From Nitrosarchaeum sp. (GTDB lineage: Archaea; Thermoproteota; Nitrososphaeria; Nitrososphaerales; Nitrosopumilaceae), in the NCBI GenBank assembly GCA_965223865.1, contig OZ245020.1, forward strand, positions 1,344,001 to 1,408,000: DNA of 64,000 nt, read 5' to 3'. The position numbers and the translations under genes are program-made. Position 1 is the stretch's first letter. Every line of letters begins with the position of its first letter. Below, piece after piece: positions 38,589-48,842 of the stretch. The notes under the pieces are model-generated. The model worked only from the letters and a program-made list of their open reading frames with translations. It ran no database searches and had not been told where the DNA came from.

Positions 38589-39821
38589 ATGTCAGTCATG
38601 AGGGGATTTCAAATGTATCCAACATATGATGACATACTCAAAGCACAGTCTATGCAAGGTAAGGAAATAAGAAAAACAGCGTTATTGCACTCTCCTACAT
38701 TTAGTGATCTTACAGAATCTGAAATGTACCTTAAAGCTGAATTTCAGCAAAAAACAGGTTCTTTCAAAATTCGTGGTGCATACTATAAAATAAAATCTCT
38801 TTCACCTGATGAAAAAAAACGAGGAGTAGTTGCCGCATCAGCTGGAAATCATGCACAAGGTGTTGCTTTCGCATCGTCTCTTGAAAAAATTCCATGTACT
38901 ATTGTAATGCCAAAAAATGCATCTCCGGCTAAAGTTGCAGCAACAAAAGGATATGGTGCAAATGTTATTTTAGAAGGGACAAATTATGATGAGTCTTCCT
39001 CTAAGGCAAAGGAAATTGCTAGGGAAACCGGAGCAATAATGATTCATGCATTTGATGATCCACAGATAATTGCAGCACAAGGAGTGATAGGTTTGGAGAT
39101 ATTAGATGACTTGCCAGATGTGGATGAAATTTATGTTCCAATCGGAGGAGGAGGATTGGCTGCAGGAACCTTGATTGCAGTAAAAGAAAAAAATCCAAAT
39201 GTCAAAGTTATAGGTGTTCAATCCAGATCCTTTCCTTCAATGTTTGAGTCGCTTAAAGAAGGCAAGATAACTGCCAGTGGTGGTGCAAGAACAATTGCAG
39301 ATGGTATTTCGGTAAAACTACCAGGGCAGTTGACATTTGCAGTAATTCAAGATTTAATTGACGATGTTGTTTTAGTGGAAGATACAGATATCACCAAAGC
39401 AATGTTTTTGCTTATGGAAAGAATGAAATTTGTTGTAGAACCTGCAGGAGCTGCAAGTTTGGCATATTTGATATCTAATAAACCATCTCCAGGAAAGAAA
39501 GTAGTGGCAGTTCTTGCAGGAGGTAATGTGGATATGTACCTGCTTGGTCAAATTGTGGACAAAGGTCTTGCTGCAATGGGAAGACTTCTTAAACTATCAA
39601 TATTACTACCAGATAGACCTGGAGCATTCAAATCTATTGTAGATGAGATAAGTGCAGCAAATGCGAACATTGTAGAAGTAGTTCACGATAGACTTAGCTC
39701 AAACATTAATGCAGGCTCAGCAGGGGTCACATTAAGTCTGGAGACTCAGGGAAAAGAGCAAGCAGAAAAACTAATTGAAAAGCTAAGACAAAATAATATT
39801 CAATTTACCCTACTTACGTAG
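38589..39821 (+). CDS. ilvA: threonine ammonia-lyase with C-terminal ACT domain
   Basis: QKTGSFKIRGA, ASAGNHAQG, PIGGGGL, VEPAGA, LPDRPG. Confidence 0.93.
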   Translation: MSVMRGFQMYPTYDDILKAQSMQGKEIRKTALLHSPTFSDLTESEMYLKAEFQQKTGSFKIRGAYYKIKSLSPDEKKRGVVAASAGNHAQGVAFASSLEKIPCTIVMPKNASPAKVAATKGYGANVILEGTNYDESSSKAKEIARETGAIMIHAFDDPQIIAAQGVIGLEILDDLPDVDEIYVPIGGGGLAAGTLIAVKEKNPNVKVIGVQSRSFPSMFESLKEGKITASGGARTIADGISVKLPGQLTFAVIQDLIDDVVLVEDTDITKAMFLLMERMKFVVEPAGAASLAYLISNKPSPGKKVVAVLAGGNVDMYLLGQIVDKGLAAMGRLLKLSILLPDRPGAFKSIVDEISAANANIVEVVHDRLSSNINAGSAGVTLSLETQGKEQAEKLIEKLRQNNIQFTLLT

Positions 39822-40398
39822 CCTGTTTGAATTTCTTTGAAACAAACTTTGAGAGGCCTTCTTTTTTCATTTGTTCTGATTCTTTTACAACTGAATTATG
39901 TTGAATGGATTTGTGTTGTATGAGTTTCTTTTTTAATTCAGGAAATTCATTTGCTAAAATTTTCATAGCATAGATTCCTGCGTTTCCAGCTTTGTTTACA
40001 CCAACTGCAACAACTGGAGAACCAGTAGGCATTTCAGATATAGACAAAAGAGAATCCAATCCTCCAAATGCAGAAAATTTTGTATTGTCTGTTTTTTTTG
40101 TTTGTTTATCGTTGTATACTAGAATTGGAACTCCTATTACAGGAATCACTGTGTGAGATGCAATCATTCCTGGAAGATGAGCAGCTCCGCCAGCACCTGC
40201 AATTATTACTTTGAATCCTTTTTTTTGAGCATATTCTGCATATTCTACTAATCTGGTTGGTGTTCGATGTGCAGAAACAATTTGATCCTCATGTTTTACA
40301 TTAAATTCATCTAAAACTACTGCTGCTTCTTTCATAATTCTACTATCCGAACTAGAACCCATAATGATCCCAATCAAAGGTTTTTTTGTATAATCCAC
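39814..40398 (-). CDS. purE: N5-CAIR mutase
   Basis: IIMGSSSD, SAHRTP, AGAGGAAHLPGM, GGLDSLLSI. Confidence 0.95.
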   Translation of the reverse strand: MDYTKKPLIGIIMGSSSDSRIMKEAAVVLDEFNVKHEDQIVSAHRTPTRLVEYAEYAQKKGFKVIIAGAGGAAHLPGMIASHTVIPVIGVPILVYNDKQTKKTDNTKFSAFGGLDSLLSISEMPTGSPVVAVGVNKAGNAGIYAMKILANEFPELKKKLIQHKSIQHNSVVKESEQMKKEGLSKFVSKKFKQAT

Positions 40399-40505
40399 AA
40401 TATTTTACAGATATTGTAACTTATTATTTATAATGAATGAAAAAAAGACGACAATTAATACAAATCATCATTAGCTATTTTTAATCCCAAATTATTGCAA
40501 TTACT

Positions 40506-41651
40506 ATGCAAAAAGTTCTTGGAATAATTGGAGGAGGACAACTGGGAATGATGATTACAGAATCTGCAAAAAAAATGCCAGAATACATATCAAAAATTAT
40601 TGTATTGGATCCTACCAAGAATTGCCCAGCAGCACAAGTTGGTGCAGAACAAATTGTGGGAGATTTCAAAAACAAAGAAGCCATCATAGAACTAGCTGAG
40701 AAATCCGACATTATTACATACGAAATTGAGTCAGGAGATAGCGACGTTCTAAAATCAGTAGAAGACAAGGCAAAAATTGAGCCTTCACCAGAAACATTAC
40801 GAATAATTCAAGATAAATTCTTGCAAAAATCCTTTTTACAAGAAAATAACATTCCGGTTCCTGAATTTATTGAAATTTCATCAATATCAGACTTACAACA
40901 AGATTTGGAAAAATTTGGATACCCTGTTCTTCTCAAAGCAAGAAGGGATGCCTACGATGGAAGGGGAAATTTCAAGATAGATTCTGATGATCAAATCAAA
41001 AAAGCATTTGATTATTTTGCTGGTAAAAAATTGATGCTTGAAAAGTTTGTTCCATTTAAAATGGAGGTATCTGTAATTGCTATCAGAAACACGAGAGGTC
41101 AAATCAAAACTTTTCCTTTAGTAGAGAATATTCATGAAGAAAATATTCTAAGACAAACAATTGCACCTGCAAGAGTTTCTGAAGAAGTTGCAAAAAAGGC
41201 AGAAGAAATTGCAAATAATACAATGAAAGTGCTAAAAGGTGCAGGAGTTTTTGGAATAGAAATGTTTGTTACTCAAGATGATGAAATTTTAATTAATGAA
41301 ATTGCTCCAAGAGTACATAATTCTGGTCACCACACATTACAATCAAGTGAGACATCTCAATTTGAACAACATCTAAGAGCAATTTTAGGTCTTGATCTTG
41401 GAAGTACAAAATTAATTCATCCTACAATAATGTACAACATTTTAGGATCAAAATCATTTGAAGGAAAATACCAACCAATAGTTCTTTCAGAACAAAACGT
41501 ATTTCTGAAAATGTATGGAAAAGAAATTTCAAAACCTCAAAGAAAACTAGGACATTTTAACCTGACTGCAAAAAATGAAGAAACAATAGAAGAACTTCTA
41601 GAAAAACTGGGACCTCTAAAAGAAAAAGTGATCACAGAGCCTCTTACCTAG
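40506..41651 (+). CDS. purK: N5-CAIR synthetase (ATP-grasp)
   Basis: IIGGGQLG, YDGRG, NEIAPRVHNSGH, SQFEQHLRAI, RKLGH. Confidence 0.95.
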   Translation: MQKVLGIIGGGQLGMMITESAKKMPEYISKIIVLDPTKNCPAAQVGAEQIVGDFKNKEAIIELAEKSDIITYEIESGDSDVLKSVEDKAKIEPSPETLRIIQDKFLQKSFLQENNIPVPEFIEISSISDLQQDLEKFGYPVLLKARRDAYDGRGNFKIDSDDQIKKAFDYFAGKKLMLEKFVPFKMEVSVIAIRNTRGQIKTFPLVENIHEENILRQTIAPARVSEEVAKKAEEIANNTMKVLKGAGVFGIEMFVTQDDEILINEIAPRVHNSGHHTLQSSETSQFEQHLRAILGLDLGSTKLIHPTIMYNILGSKSFEGKYQPIVLSEQNVFLKMYGKEISKPQRKLGHFNLTAKNEETIEELLEKLGPLKEKVITEPLT

Positions 41652-41722
41652 CCATAATTTACAAAATTCTAGTGTCAAGGCATCCTAATAGGTTTATTAA
41701 TTAATTGTAAAGTACTCCAAAC

Positions 41723-42109
41723 ATGGTATCTATTCCACATGTATTGTCTGGGATTTCAATAATCCTTTTGGTGATTTATGGCGTTGATGTAATGGTCGGC
41801 GGCGGAGGTGCAGGAGATGGCTTTTTACCATTTGATGCAATGACACGTGGGATAGGATTTGGAATGCCTCCAATAATTTTATCATTTATTGCATTTTTCA
41901 TGTCTAAAAAACCTCCTTTCAAAGGATTAGGAATAATGCTCATCATAACAGGTGTGTTGATCATAATAGGCGGTGGTATATCTGTTGCAAGTGCAGGAGA
42001 AACAGAAAATGCTGCCAGAATGGCAGGAGAAGGTGGTGGCCTAATAGCAGTTGGAGCAATCATTACTGCATTAGGCGGAATAAAGATAAAAAAATCCCTT
42101 ACCGCATAA
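41723..42109 (+). CDS. hypothetical membrane protein (4 TM)
   Basis: Gly-rich hydrophobic helices. Confidence 0.75.
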   Translation: MVSIPHVLSGISIILLVIYGVDVMVGGGGAGDGFLPFDAMTRGIGFGMPPIILSFIAFFMSKKPPFKGLGIMLIITGVLIIIGGGISVASAGETENAARMAGEGGGLIAVGAIITALGGIKIKKSLTA

Positions 42110-42115
42110 CAGCAT

Positions 42116-42244
42116 ATGCCCATTTGTGCAAAATGTAACAATCAAGTTCCAAAAGTATACGATTGTGATCATACTGATTTTGAGGAATTTTGTAAAGAGT
42201 GCTATACTGAACTTCATTACTATCTGACGGAAGAAAATAGTTGA
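42116..42244 (+). CDS. 42-aa B-box/AN1-like two-metal zinc-finger microprotein (not in ORF track)
   Basis: MPICAKCNNQVPKVYDCDHTDFEEFCKECYTELHYYLTEENS; starts 6 nt after the previous gene. Confidence 0.75.
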   Translation: MPICAKCNNQVPKVYDCDHTDFEEFCKECYTELHYYLTEENS

Positions 42245-42763
42245 ATGGTATTGAATCATTTATTGAATTTGTTGTGTCTTTGATTTATGAGAACAGATAT
42301 CCAGATGTTTTTTTAGCAGCCTATATAGAAACTGTTTTTCCCCTATTCCAAATGAAGTTGTGTTTCCATTGGCAGGGCATAGATTGTTGAAAAATAAGAT
42401 GTACCGTTTTCATATAATTGGGGCGGATTTGTAAGAGGATCAGGTGCAACTACTGGCGCATTTGTAATTTACATTATTTCAAAAGTTTTGGGCCAAACAG
42501 GTTTAGTAGAATATCTAAAATATGCCAAGATAAGAATTCAATTTAAAGAAAGCAGTAAGGGGTTTGCAAGATATAATAATAAATCAGTACTTATTGGAAG
42601 ACTGATACTAGGAATACAGGATTGGTATCAATTCCAACAGGAATTTTCAATATGAATCCTATAAAATCACTAATTTTTTTCTATGATTGAGTCATTTATG
42701 TGGAGTATTGTTCCTACAGCAATAGAATATTATTCTGGAATTGCAACAATTGGCTTTTTTTAA
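42241..42763 (+). pseudogene. dedA: DedA family membrane protein remnant
   Basis: fragments YPDVFLAAYIETVFP / IPNEVVFPLAG / GATTGAFVIYIISKVLG / SVLIGRLILGI / LVSIPTGIFNMNPIK in shifting frames. Confidence 0.8.
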
Positions 42764-42809
42764 ATTTAAAAAGTAAAACACCTATTAAGAAAAATTCTAA
42801 AAGAATTTT

Positions 42810-43055
42810 GTGCTTACAGATAGAGAGATAGCTATTTACTCATTAGGAAAAACCGAAGGAATCAATTCAATTGCAGAAACTCTGGGAAAAGGACTGGATG
42901 ATGAAAAATACATCGAATCATGGAACAAGACAATGGAACTGCTAGGTATCAAAATGCCATTAAAAGAATTAGAAAAGATATACAACGAATTTGCCAAAAA
43001 AATGGAAAACATTGTTAGTTTAGAAGAACAGAGTTCAAAAAATCAAGAGCAATAA
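42810..43055 (+). CDS. hypothetical protein
   Basis: 81-aa GTG-started ORF. Confidence 0.6.
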   Translation: MLTDREIAIYSLGKTEGINSIAETLGKGLDDEKYIESWNKTMELLGIKMPLKELEKIYNEFAKKMENIVSLEEQSSKNQEQ

Positions 43056-43269
43056 CAGAAAAAAATCACAAGCTACATTACTAGAGCAGCCACAAATTTG
43101 GCTATATTTTGTGAGATTTGTAAGAAAAGGCAGAAAGAAATAGAATGATTAATTATAAAATTTGAAAAAATCTAGGTAAAAAATCCTTTTTTGAGTAATT
43201 ATAGTAATAATCAAGACCTGAATCAAAAATTCAACTAAATTATAAATTCAATAAATTTCAAATATTATA

Positions 43270-43941
43270 ATGAAGGCAATTATTTTAGCTGGTGGTAGAG
43301 GAAAAAGATTACGTCCCATTACTGATTACGTTCCAAAACCGCTTGTTCCATTAAACAACATTCCAATCTTAGAATGGCAGATAAAATATTTAAAAAAATT
43401 TGGCATAAATGAGATTATAATTTGCACCGGATACAAAACCGAAATGATCGAAAATTACCTAGCAATGAAAAAAAACATGGGTATCAAAATCAAATTTTCT
43501 AAAGAAAAAACTCCACTTGGCACAGGAGGAGCAATAAAACAAGCAACCAAATTAATTAAGGATAAATCATTTTTTGTTTTAAATGGCGATATCATAACAA
43601 ATATTGATCTGAATAAGTTAGCAAAATCTCCAAACTCAATTGCTGCAATTGAATTGAGAACAAAATTTGGGATTATGGATACTGATGATGACAAAGTTAC
43701 TAAATTTCGAGAAAAAAAAGAGATTTCGGATTTGTGGATGAATGCTGGAATTTACCATATAGTTAAACAAACTATCAAAGATCTACCAGATAAAGGAGAC
43801 ATTGAGAAGACAGTATTTCCAGATTATGCAGAAAAAAGAAAGTTAAACACAGTAAAATTCAAAAATGTAAAATGGTACTCTGTAGATTCCTTTAAGGATA
43901 TGGAAGAGTGTTCTATGGAAATTGACAAAATAATAAAATAA
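43270..43941 (+). CDS. sugar-phosphate nucleotidyltransferase
   Basis: ILAGGRGKRLRPITDYVPKPL, PLGTGGA, NGD, FREK, NAGIY. Confidence 0.9.
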   Translation: MKAIILAGGRGKRLRPITDYVPKPLVPLNNIPILEWQIKYLKKFGINEIIICTGYKTEMIENYLAMKKNMGIKIKFSKEKTPLGTGGAIKQATKLIKDKSFFVLNGDIITNIDLNKLAKSPNSIAAIELRTKFGIMDTDDDKVTKFREKKEISDLWMNAGIYHIVKQTIKDLPDKGDIEKTVFPDYAEKRKLNTVKFKNVKWYSVDSFKDMEECSMEIDKIIK

Positions 43942-44252
43942 TCAAGTGTCTATTAGGCACCAGTTCTATGTAATGTTACCATTACATAAGCTATTTCGCT
44001 AACAAAAGACTCGTCATCTTTTTTTAATGATGCATATTTTGTAGCATTAGCCCAAAAGGACCCATCAGAGTTGTTTTGCTCAGGATAGAATTGTTCTCTC
44101 AATAATTTGTGTTAGTATTCAATTTCATAATTAATGACCTCAATGATAATTAACCTATTACTAAAAGAGATGAACAGATTTTTACAATTTTTTATTATGC
44201 CTTTATTTTAGGCACAAATTTCAAGATTTTTAATCATTTTAAAAATTTAAAA

Positions 44253-44522
44253 TTAATCTAATTCCAACAGTAAGGCTTTAAAAAATTCAACGTCCTTTTG
44301 TAAATTTTTAATTTCAAATTCTATTATATCAACTGCAATCTCAAAATTTCCTTCCTGAACTTGTCTTTTTCTTGTCTTAATCGGATTTTTCTTTAATCGA
44401 ATTTTACTAATTATCATTTCTGTGGCGTGAGATAATGTCAGAGATTCTAAAGGAGATTTGAAATTAAGGGTGTCGATATTAAACGAGTCAGGGGAAAACA
44501 GATACACTAGAATATTCCTCAA
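44253..44522 (-). CDS. hypothetical protein (start uncertain)
   Basis: C-terminal helical segment IAVDIIEFEIKNLQKDVEFFK; TTG start weak. Confidence 0.35.
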   Translation of the reverse strand: MRNILVYLFSPDSFNIDTLNFKSPLESLTLSHATEMIISKIRLKKNPIKTRKRQVQEGNFEIAVDIIEFEIKNLQKDVEFFKALLLELD

Positions 44523-44535
44523 TTAGAATAAATTT

Positions 44536-45504
44536 ATGAAAATATCATACAGTTTAGGCTCCCTTTTAACAGTCAAACAAGTATTAGAATGCTCAAAGAT
44601 ATTGTCAAAAACTACCACTAACACAGTATGGATTCCTGAAACATGGGGTATGGAAAATTTTGCAATGCTAAGTATGGTGTCGCAGAATGCACCTAACGTA
44701 AGAGTTGGTTCTTCAATTATCAACATTTACTCAAGAAGCCCAGCATCTATAGCAATGGGAGCAACAACTGTGGATACATTATCAAATGGAAGACTAATTT
44801 TAGGTTTAGGTACTAGCAGTATTCCAATAGTTGAAGAATTTCATGGTTATAAATTTGAAAATCCTGTTTTACGAATGAAAGAATATGTTGAAATTATTCG
44901 ATTAGCATTTTCTGGAAAAAAAATAAACTACTCGGGTAAAATATTTAGTTTGAAAAATTTTTCTCTGTTGATAAAACCTCCTAGAGAAAATATCCCGATT
45001 TATCTTGCTGCAATTAATCAAAGAATGGTTAATTTAACATGGGATATTGCAGATGGCGTTATTTTTTATTTACGTCCTATTGATGAAATGAAAAAAACGA
45101 TTCAAAAAATGCAAAACAAGAAAAAGATAGATGTCACGTGTCAACTAATCACGTGTGTTTCAACAGATTCAGAAAAAGCTGTTACTAGAGCAAAACAAAC
45201 TTTAGCATTTTATGTTTCTGTAGGTACAATTTATCGTAAATTTTTAGCAGAAAATGGATTTAAAGATGAAACTAGAAATATTTTTGAAGAATTTAAAAAA
45301 TCAGGTTTTAAATCAAATCATCAATTAGTAAGTGATAAAATGCTAAAAGCCCTAACTGTGTGTGGTACTCCTGATCAATGTCAAATTCAACTAGACAAAT
45401 TCAATGAAACTGGAATTGATTTACCAATAATTCAATTCAATCCTGTAGGAGATGTAATTGAATCATTCAAATTATTTGTAAAAACATTTTCTGAAGAAAG
45501 ATGA
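44536..45504 (+). CDS. LLM-class (likely F420-dependent) oxidoreductase
   Basis: VWIPE, GSSIINIYSRSP, LSNGRLILGLG, IPIYLAA, ADGVI. Confidence 0.88.
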   Translation: MKISYSLGSLLTVKQVLECSKILSKTTTNTVWIPETWGMENFAMLSMVSQNAPNVRVGSSIINIYSRSPASIAMGATTVDTLSNGRLILGLGTSSIPIVEEFHGYKFENPVLRMKEYVEIIRLAFSGKKINYSGKIFSLKNFSLLIKPPRENIPIYLAAINQRMVNLTWDIADGVIFYLRPIDEMKKTIQKMQNKKKIDVTCQLITCVSTDSEKAVTRAKQTLAFYVSVGTIYRKFLAENGFKDETRNIFEEFKKSGFKSNHQLVSDKMLKALTVCGTPDQCQIQLDKFNETGIDLPIIQFNPVGDVIESFKLFVKTFSEER

Positions 45505-46613
45505 TTAACAAAGTAGGAATTGCCACATATGGAATAACTAAATTTTCAAGAGAAGATGTTAAAATTGAATCGGTTTTATTAAAAGCCACAAAAAATCTTT
45601 TTGATAATTGTTCAAATTTAAATCAAAAAGATATTGATGCAGCAATAGTATCGACAAATAACAACTCAAAGTACCTTTCACCTATTTTAGCAGAAATGGC
45701 AGGAATACAACCTAAAATTGCACATTCTGTTGAAAGTTTATGTAATTCTGGAACAAATGCAATTGTTTCAGCTTACTCATACATTGCATCTGGTCTGGCC
45801 GAAGTCGTTTTGGTAGGAGGCGCAGAAAGGTATGATAGTCCAGGGCAAATTTTAGAATGGGATAATTCTAGAGGAAAATTCAAACACCCGGTATTTTGGG
45901 CATCTATTTTTACAAAGTCATATAAAAGAAGGTATTCTGTTAGCGATGAAGATCTGGCATTGGTTTCTGTAAAAAATCACAGACAAGCTCAAAAAAACCC
46001 ATACGCATTATCTGATAAAGAATATACTTTGAGAGAAGTATTAGAATCAAAAAAATTAACAGATGACCTTAGATTACTTGATTGTTCAAGGCCTTGTACA
46101 GGGGGGGCTTCAATTATTTTAGCATCAGAAAACAAAATTAAAGAATTTACAGACACCCCAATTTGGATTACAGGAATTGGACAAAAAACAACATCTGCTG
46201 GTTTTACAAAGAGCACTGACTTTAGTTCAATGGAATCATCTACATTTGCTGCCCAATCTGCATTAAAAATGTCAAATCATCAATCAAAAGAAATAGATGT
46301 TGCAGAGATTCATGATGCCTTTTCTGTATGTGAACCTATGGCTTTAGAATCAATTGGAATCACAGAGAAAGGAAATGGAATGAACCTAGTCAAAGAATTG
46401 GTATCTACAAATAATTCAAAAATTAATCCACGTGGAGGATTAATAGGATCTGGTCATCCATTGGGAGCAACTGGAATCGCTCAGACAATTGAAGTTTCAC
46501 AACAATTACAAAGGAAAGCAGAATCCAGGCAAATTGACAATCCAAAAGTAGGTTTAATTCACAACATATCAGCTGCATCAACTTCCTCTACTGTCTTGGT
46601 ATTAGAAAATTGA
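45501..46613 (+). CDS. thiolase family protein (SCP2/archaeal type)
   Basis: ESLCNSG, KNH, EIHDAF, NPRGGL..GHPLGATG, HN. Confidence 0.9.
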   Translation: MINKVGIATYGITKFSREDVKIESVLLKATKNLFDNCSNLNQKDIDAAIVSTNNNSKYLSPILAEMAGIQPKIAHSVESLCNSGTNAIVSAYSYIASGLAEVVLVGGAERYDSPGQILEWDNSRGKFKHPVFWASIFTKSYKRRYSVSDEDLALVSVKNHRQAQKNPYALSDKEYTLREVLESKKLTDDLRLLDCSRPCTGGASIILASENKIKEFTDTPIWITGIGQKTTSAGFTKSTDFSSMESSTFAAQSALKMSNHQSKEIDVAEIHDAFSVCEPMALESIGITEKGNGMNLVKELVSTNNSKINPRGGLIGSGHPLGATGIAQTIEVSQQLQRKAESRQIDNPKVGLIHNISAASTSSTVLVLEN

Positions 46614-46927
46614 ATTTTGAATCTGAAATAAAAAAAGGAAATTTTGTAGTAGGGGAATGCACTAAATGTAAAAAAACTGTTTGGCCACCTTCAGATTATT
46701 GCAATAGATGTTTTGGGGAGGTCGTATTAAAGAAAGCACCTGAAGAAGGAAAAATAATAGAATTTTCAAAAGAAGGTGAAAATTATTTTTGTCTAGTGGA
46801 ATTTGAAAAGGAAGTGAAAATTATGGGGAAGATTTCTTCAGGAGTTCCAAAAAATAATCAAATAGTAAAAATTGAAAAGTGTGGCATACAAGATGATAAT
46901 TATTTTTTTGAATTTTCTTCAGATTAA
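46610..46927 (+). CDS. DUF35-type Zn-ribbon/OB-fold thiolase partner
   Basis: CTKC..WPPSDYCNRC then OB-like strands; 4-nt overlap with the thiolase. Confidence 0.8.
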   Translation: MNFESEIKKGNFVVGECTKCKKTVWPPSDYCNRCFGEVVLKKAPEEGKIIEFSKEGENYFCLVEFEKEVKIMGKISSGVPKNNQIVKIEKCGIQDDNYFFEFSSD

Positions 46928-47751
46928 TTAAAACTCGTATAGATATATGGTGTGTCTATTGTTTGATCAAAAGTCCAAACTGTAGGAAGAAAAATAGTTG
47001 TAATTTCGTTTAGATCAAATTTATCAATTAATGAACTCCAACCTCCTGATTTTTGATTTGCAGATAATTGTTTTTTAGAATGAGAACCAGCAAAAACAAG
47101 ACAGGTATTTTTTTTAAGATTTTCAATTGAATTAATTTTTTCGATAATACTTGTGGCTAATACATCACCTCCCATTTGTGGCAAACCTCCAATGAAAAAG
47201 GCAGGCTTTGTTAATTTTAAAGACGAATAATCAAATTCTAAGGCATCTGCACAATTTGGATTAAAATCAATTTGTGTAGAAGATGCAATAATTTTTTGCA
47301 AATCAACTAACACATCATCTATTTCGACGCCATGTGATTCTAGTCCCAAAATCTTACCACAATATGCAATTCTGCCGTCTCCTGAACCAATATCTATCAA
47401 TTCTTTAAACCCAAGATTCTTGGCAGTTACTGCCATCAAATATGCTGAAAATATCCATGTCGGATAAAATGGTTGGCAACTTGAACCGTGTTTAATACTA
47501 TTTAACCAATATTCGTTTATGTCTCCTTCATACACCATACAAGAAACATTTGAGATTTTTTCTGCATAAGAGTTATTGTAAATTGGATTTTTATTGGCAA
47601 ACAAATGTAGATATTTCAAATCATTTTTTTCTATTGGAAATGTTTCTGAAGAGTCAAAAGGAATAATTTCTTGTATATGGCTTTTTCTTGTATAATTTTG
47701 AGCAAATTCTTTTTTTAAAAGACATAAGTTTTCAGATATTTTTTCTAACAC
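46924..47751 (-). CDS. class I SAM-dependent methyltransferase-like protein
   Basis: PFYPT, LIDIGSGDGRI, GVEID. Confidence 0.75.
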   Translation of the reverse strand: MLEKISENLCLLKKEFAQNYTRKSHIQEIIPFDSSETFPIEKNDLKYLHLFANKNPIYNNSYAEKISNVSCMVYEGDINEYWLNSIKHGSSCQPFYPTWIFSAYLMAVTAKNLGFKELIDIGSGDGRIAYCGKILGLESHGVEIDDVLVDLQKIIASSTQIDFNPNCADALEFDYSSLKLTKPAFFIGGLPQMGGDVLATSIIEKINSIENLKKNTCLVFAGSHSKKQLSANQKSGGWSSLIDKFDLNEITTIFLPTVWTFDQTIDTPYIYTSFN

Positions 47752-47804
47752 TATATCTTCATTTTAAAAAGGGATTGATAAACTCACTGAATTAAGATTA
47801 TACA

Positions 47805-47996
47805 TTACAATGAATTTTGATTTAGTATATTCCGTATCTCATTTTCCACTTTTTTTAATTCTTCAAAAGTAATTTTTATTAATTTTTTGATTTCATCAGA
47901 ATTGGTTTCATCAATGCTCCTAAATTCCAGGTGTTTTATGGTATAGAGATAAAAATCTCGTTTTTCTAACAATTCTTCAATTTCAATTTCTGACAC
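47805..47996 (-). CDS. hypothetical small helical protein
   Basis: 63-aa GTG ORF with helical hairpin pattern. Confidence 0.5.
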   Translation of the reverse strand: MSEIEIEELLEKRDFYLYTIKHLEFRSIDETNSDEIKKLIKITFEELKKVENEIRNILNQNSL

Positions 47997-48228
47997 ATTA
48001 ATACTTCAACCAACTCTTATTTTAGAAATATTAAAAATTTTTTAGATGATTTTAGAATAGTTGAATGATCAACAGTCATCGAAATTCATATCTGAATCGA
48101 TATTTTTTCTTCAAATATGTTAAAAATTCTATCTATTTGATTCCTACCTTGCGTAAAATGACAATCTCATGACATTTAATTGAGTTATTATGTAATTACC
48201 AGCCTTACTATATCTCAACTTGTAAAAA

Positions 48229-48789
48229 ATGGTAATGAAAAGCGGAGCAGTATTGATGGCAAAATCAAAAAAAACTGTCAATAAAAAAAATAAAAAAAGT
48301 TCACGAATTCGAAGACAAAGAGGATATCATTGGGAGGACACCATAGCGAAAAGATTTAACTCAATAGAGGGATGGAAGGCATTCAGATTAGGATCTCCTA
48401 GCACAGGATTACCAGATATTCTTGCTGTGAATACTAGAGAGAAAACAATTTTTACTATTGAGGCAAAATCAGGAACTGGTACCTCTTTACCTGTTCCAGC
48501 AGATCAGATAGAAAGATGTGACAAATGGATAAAGACATTTGATATTTACAACAATCGAAAGGTAATACTGGCATTCAAGTTCCTTTCAAAAAAGAGAGTA
48601 GGTCTTGGTGAATATGAAGGAAGGCAATTAAGAGAATTTTTCAAAATATGGGATGGTTCACTAGAATTCAGTAACTGTGTTTGTACTTATGATGGAGAAG
48701 TATTTACAAATGTTAACGGAAGGCGAGAGAAAATTCTTTTAAAAGAATGCAAAATGCCGTTTAAGACAAAACAAAGATCTAATGCCTAA
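48229..48789 (+). CDS. Hjc-like Holliday junction resolvase (PD-(D/E)xK)
   Basis: RGYHWE, AFRLGSP, LPDILA, IEAKS. Confidence 0.8.
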   Translation: MVMKSGAVLMAKSKKTVNKKNKKSSRIRRQRGYHWEDTIAKRFNSIEGWKAFRLGSPSTGLPDILAVNTREKTIFTIEAKSGTGTSLPVPADQIERCDKWIKTFDIYNNRKVILAFKFLSKKRVGLGEYEGRQLREFFKIWDGSLEFSNCVCTYDGEVFTNVNGRREKILLKECKMPFKTKQRSNA

Positions 48790-48842
48790 CTTTCAAAATT
48801 TGGCATCAGATCATTTTTTAATGATGTACAAAAAATATTTTC

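Noticed and set aside
43953-44160. Possible pseudogene on the minus strand with an internal TAA
   Set aside because: No recognisable motif or clear start; cannot be told apart from random intergenic sequence
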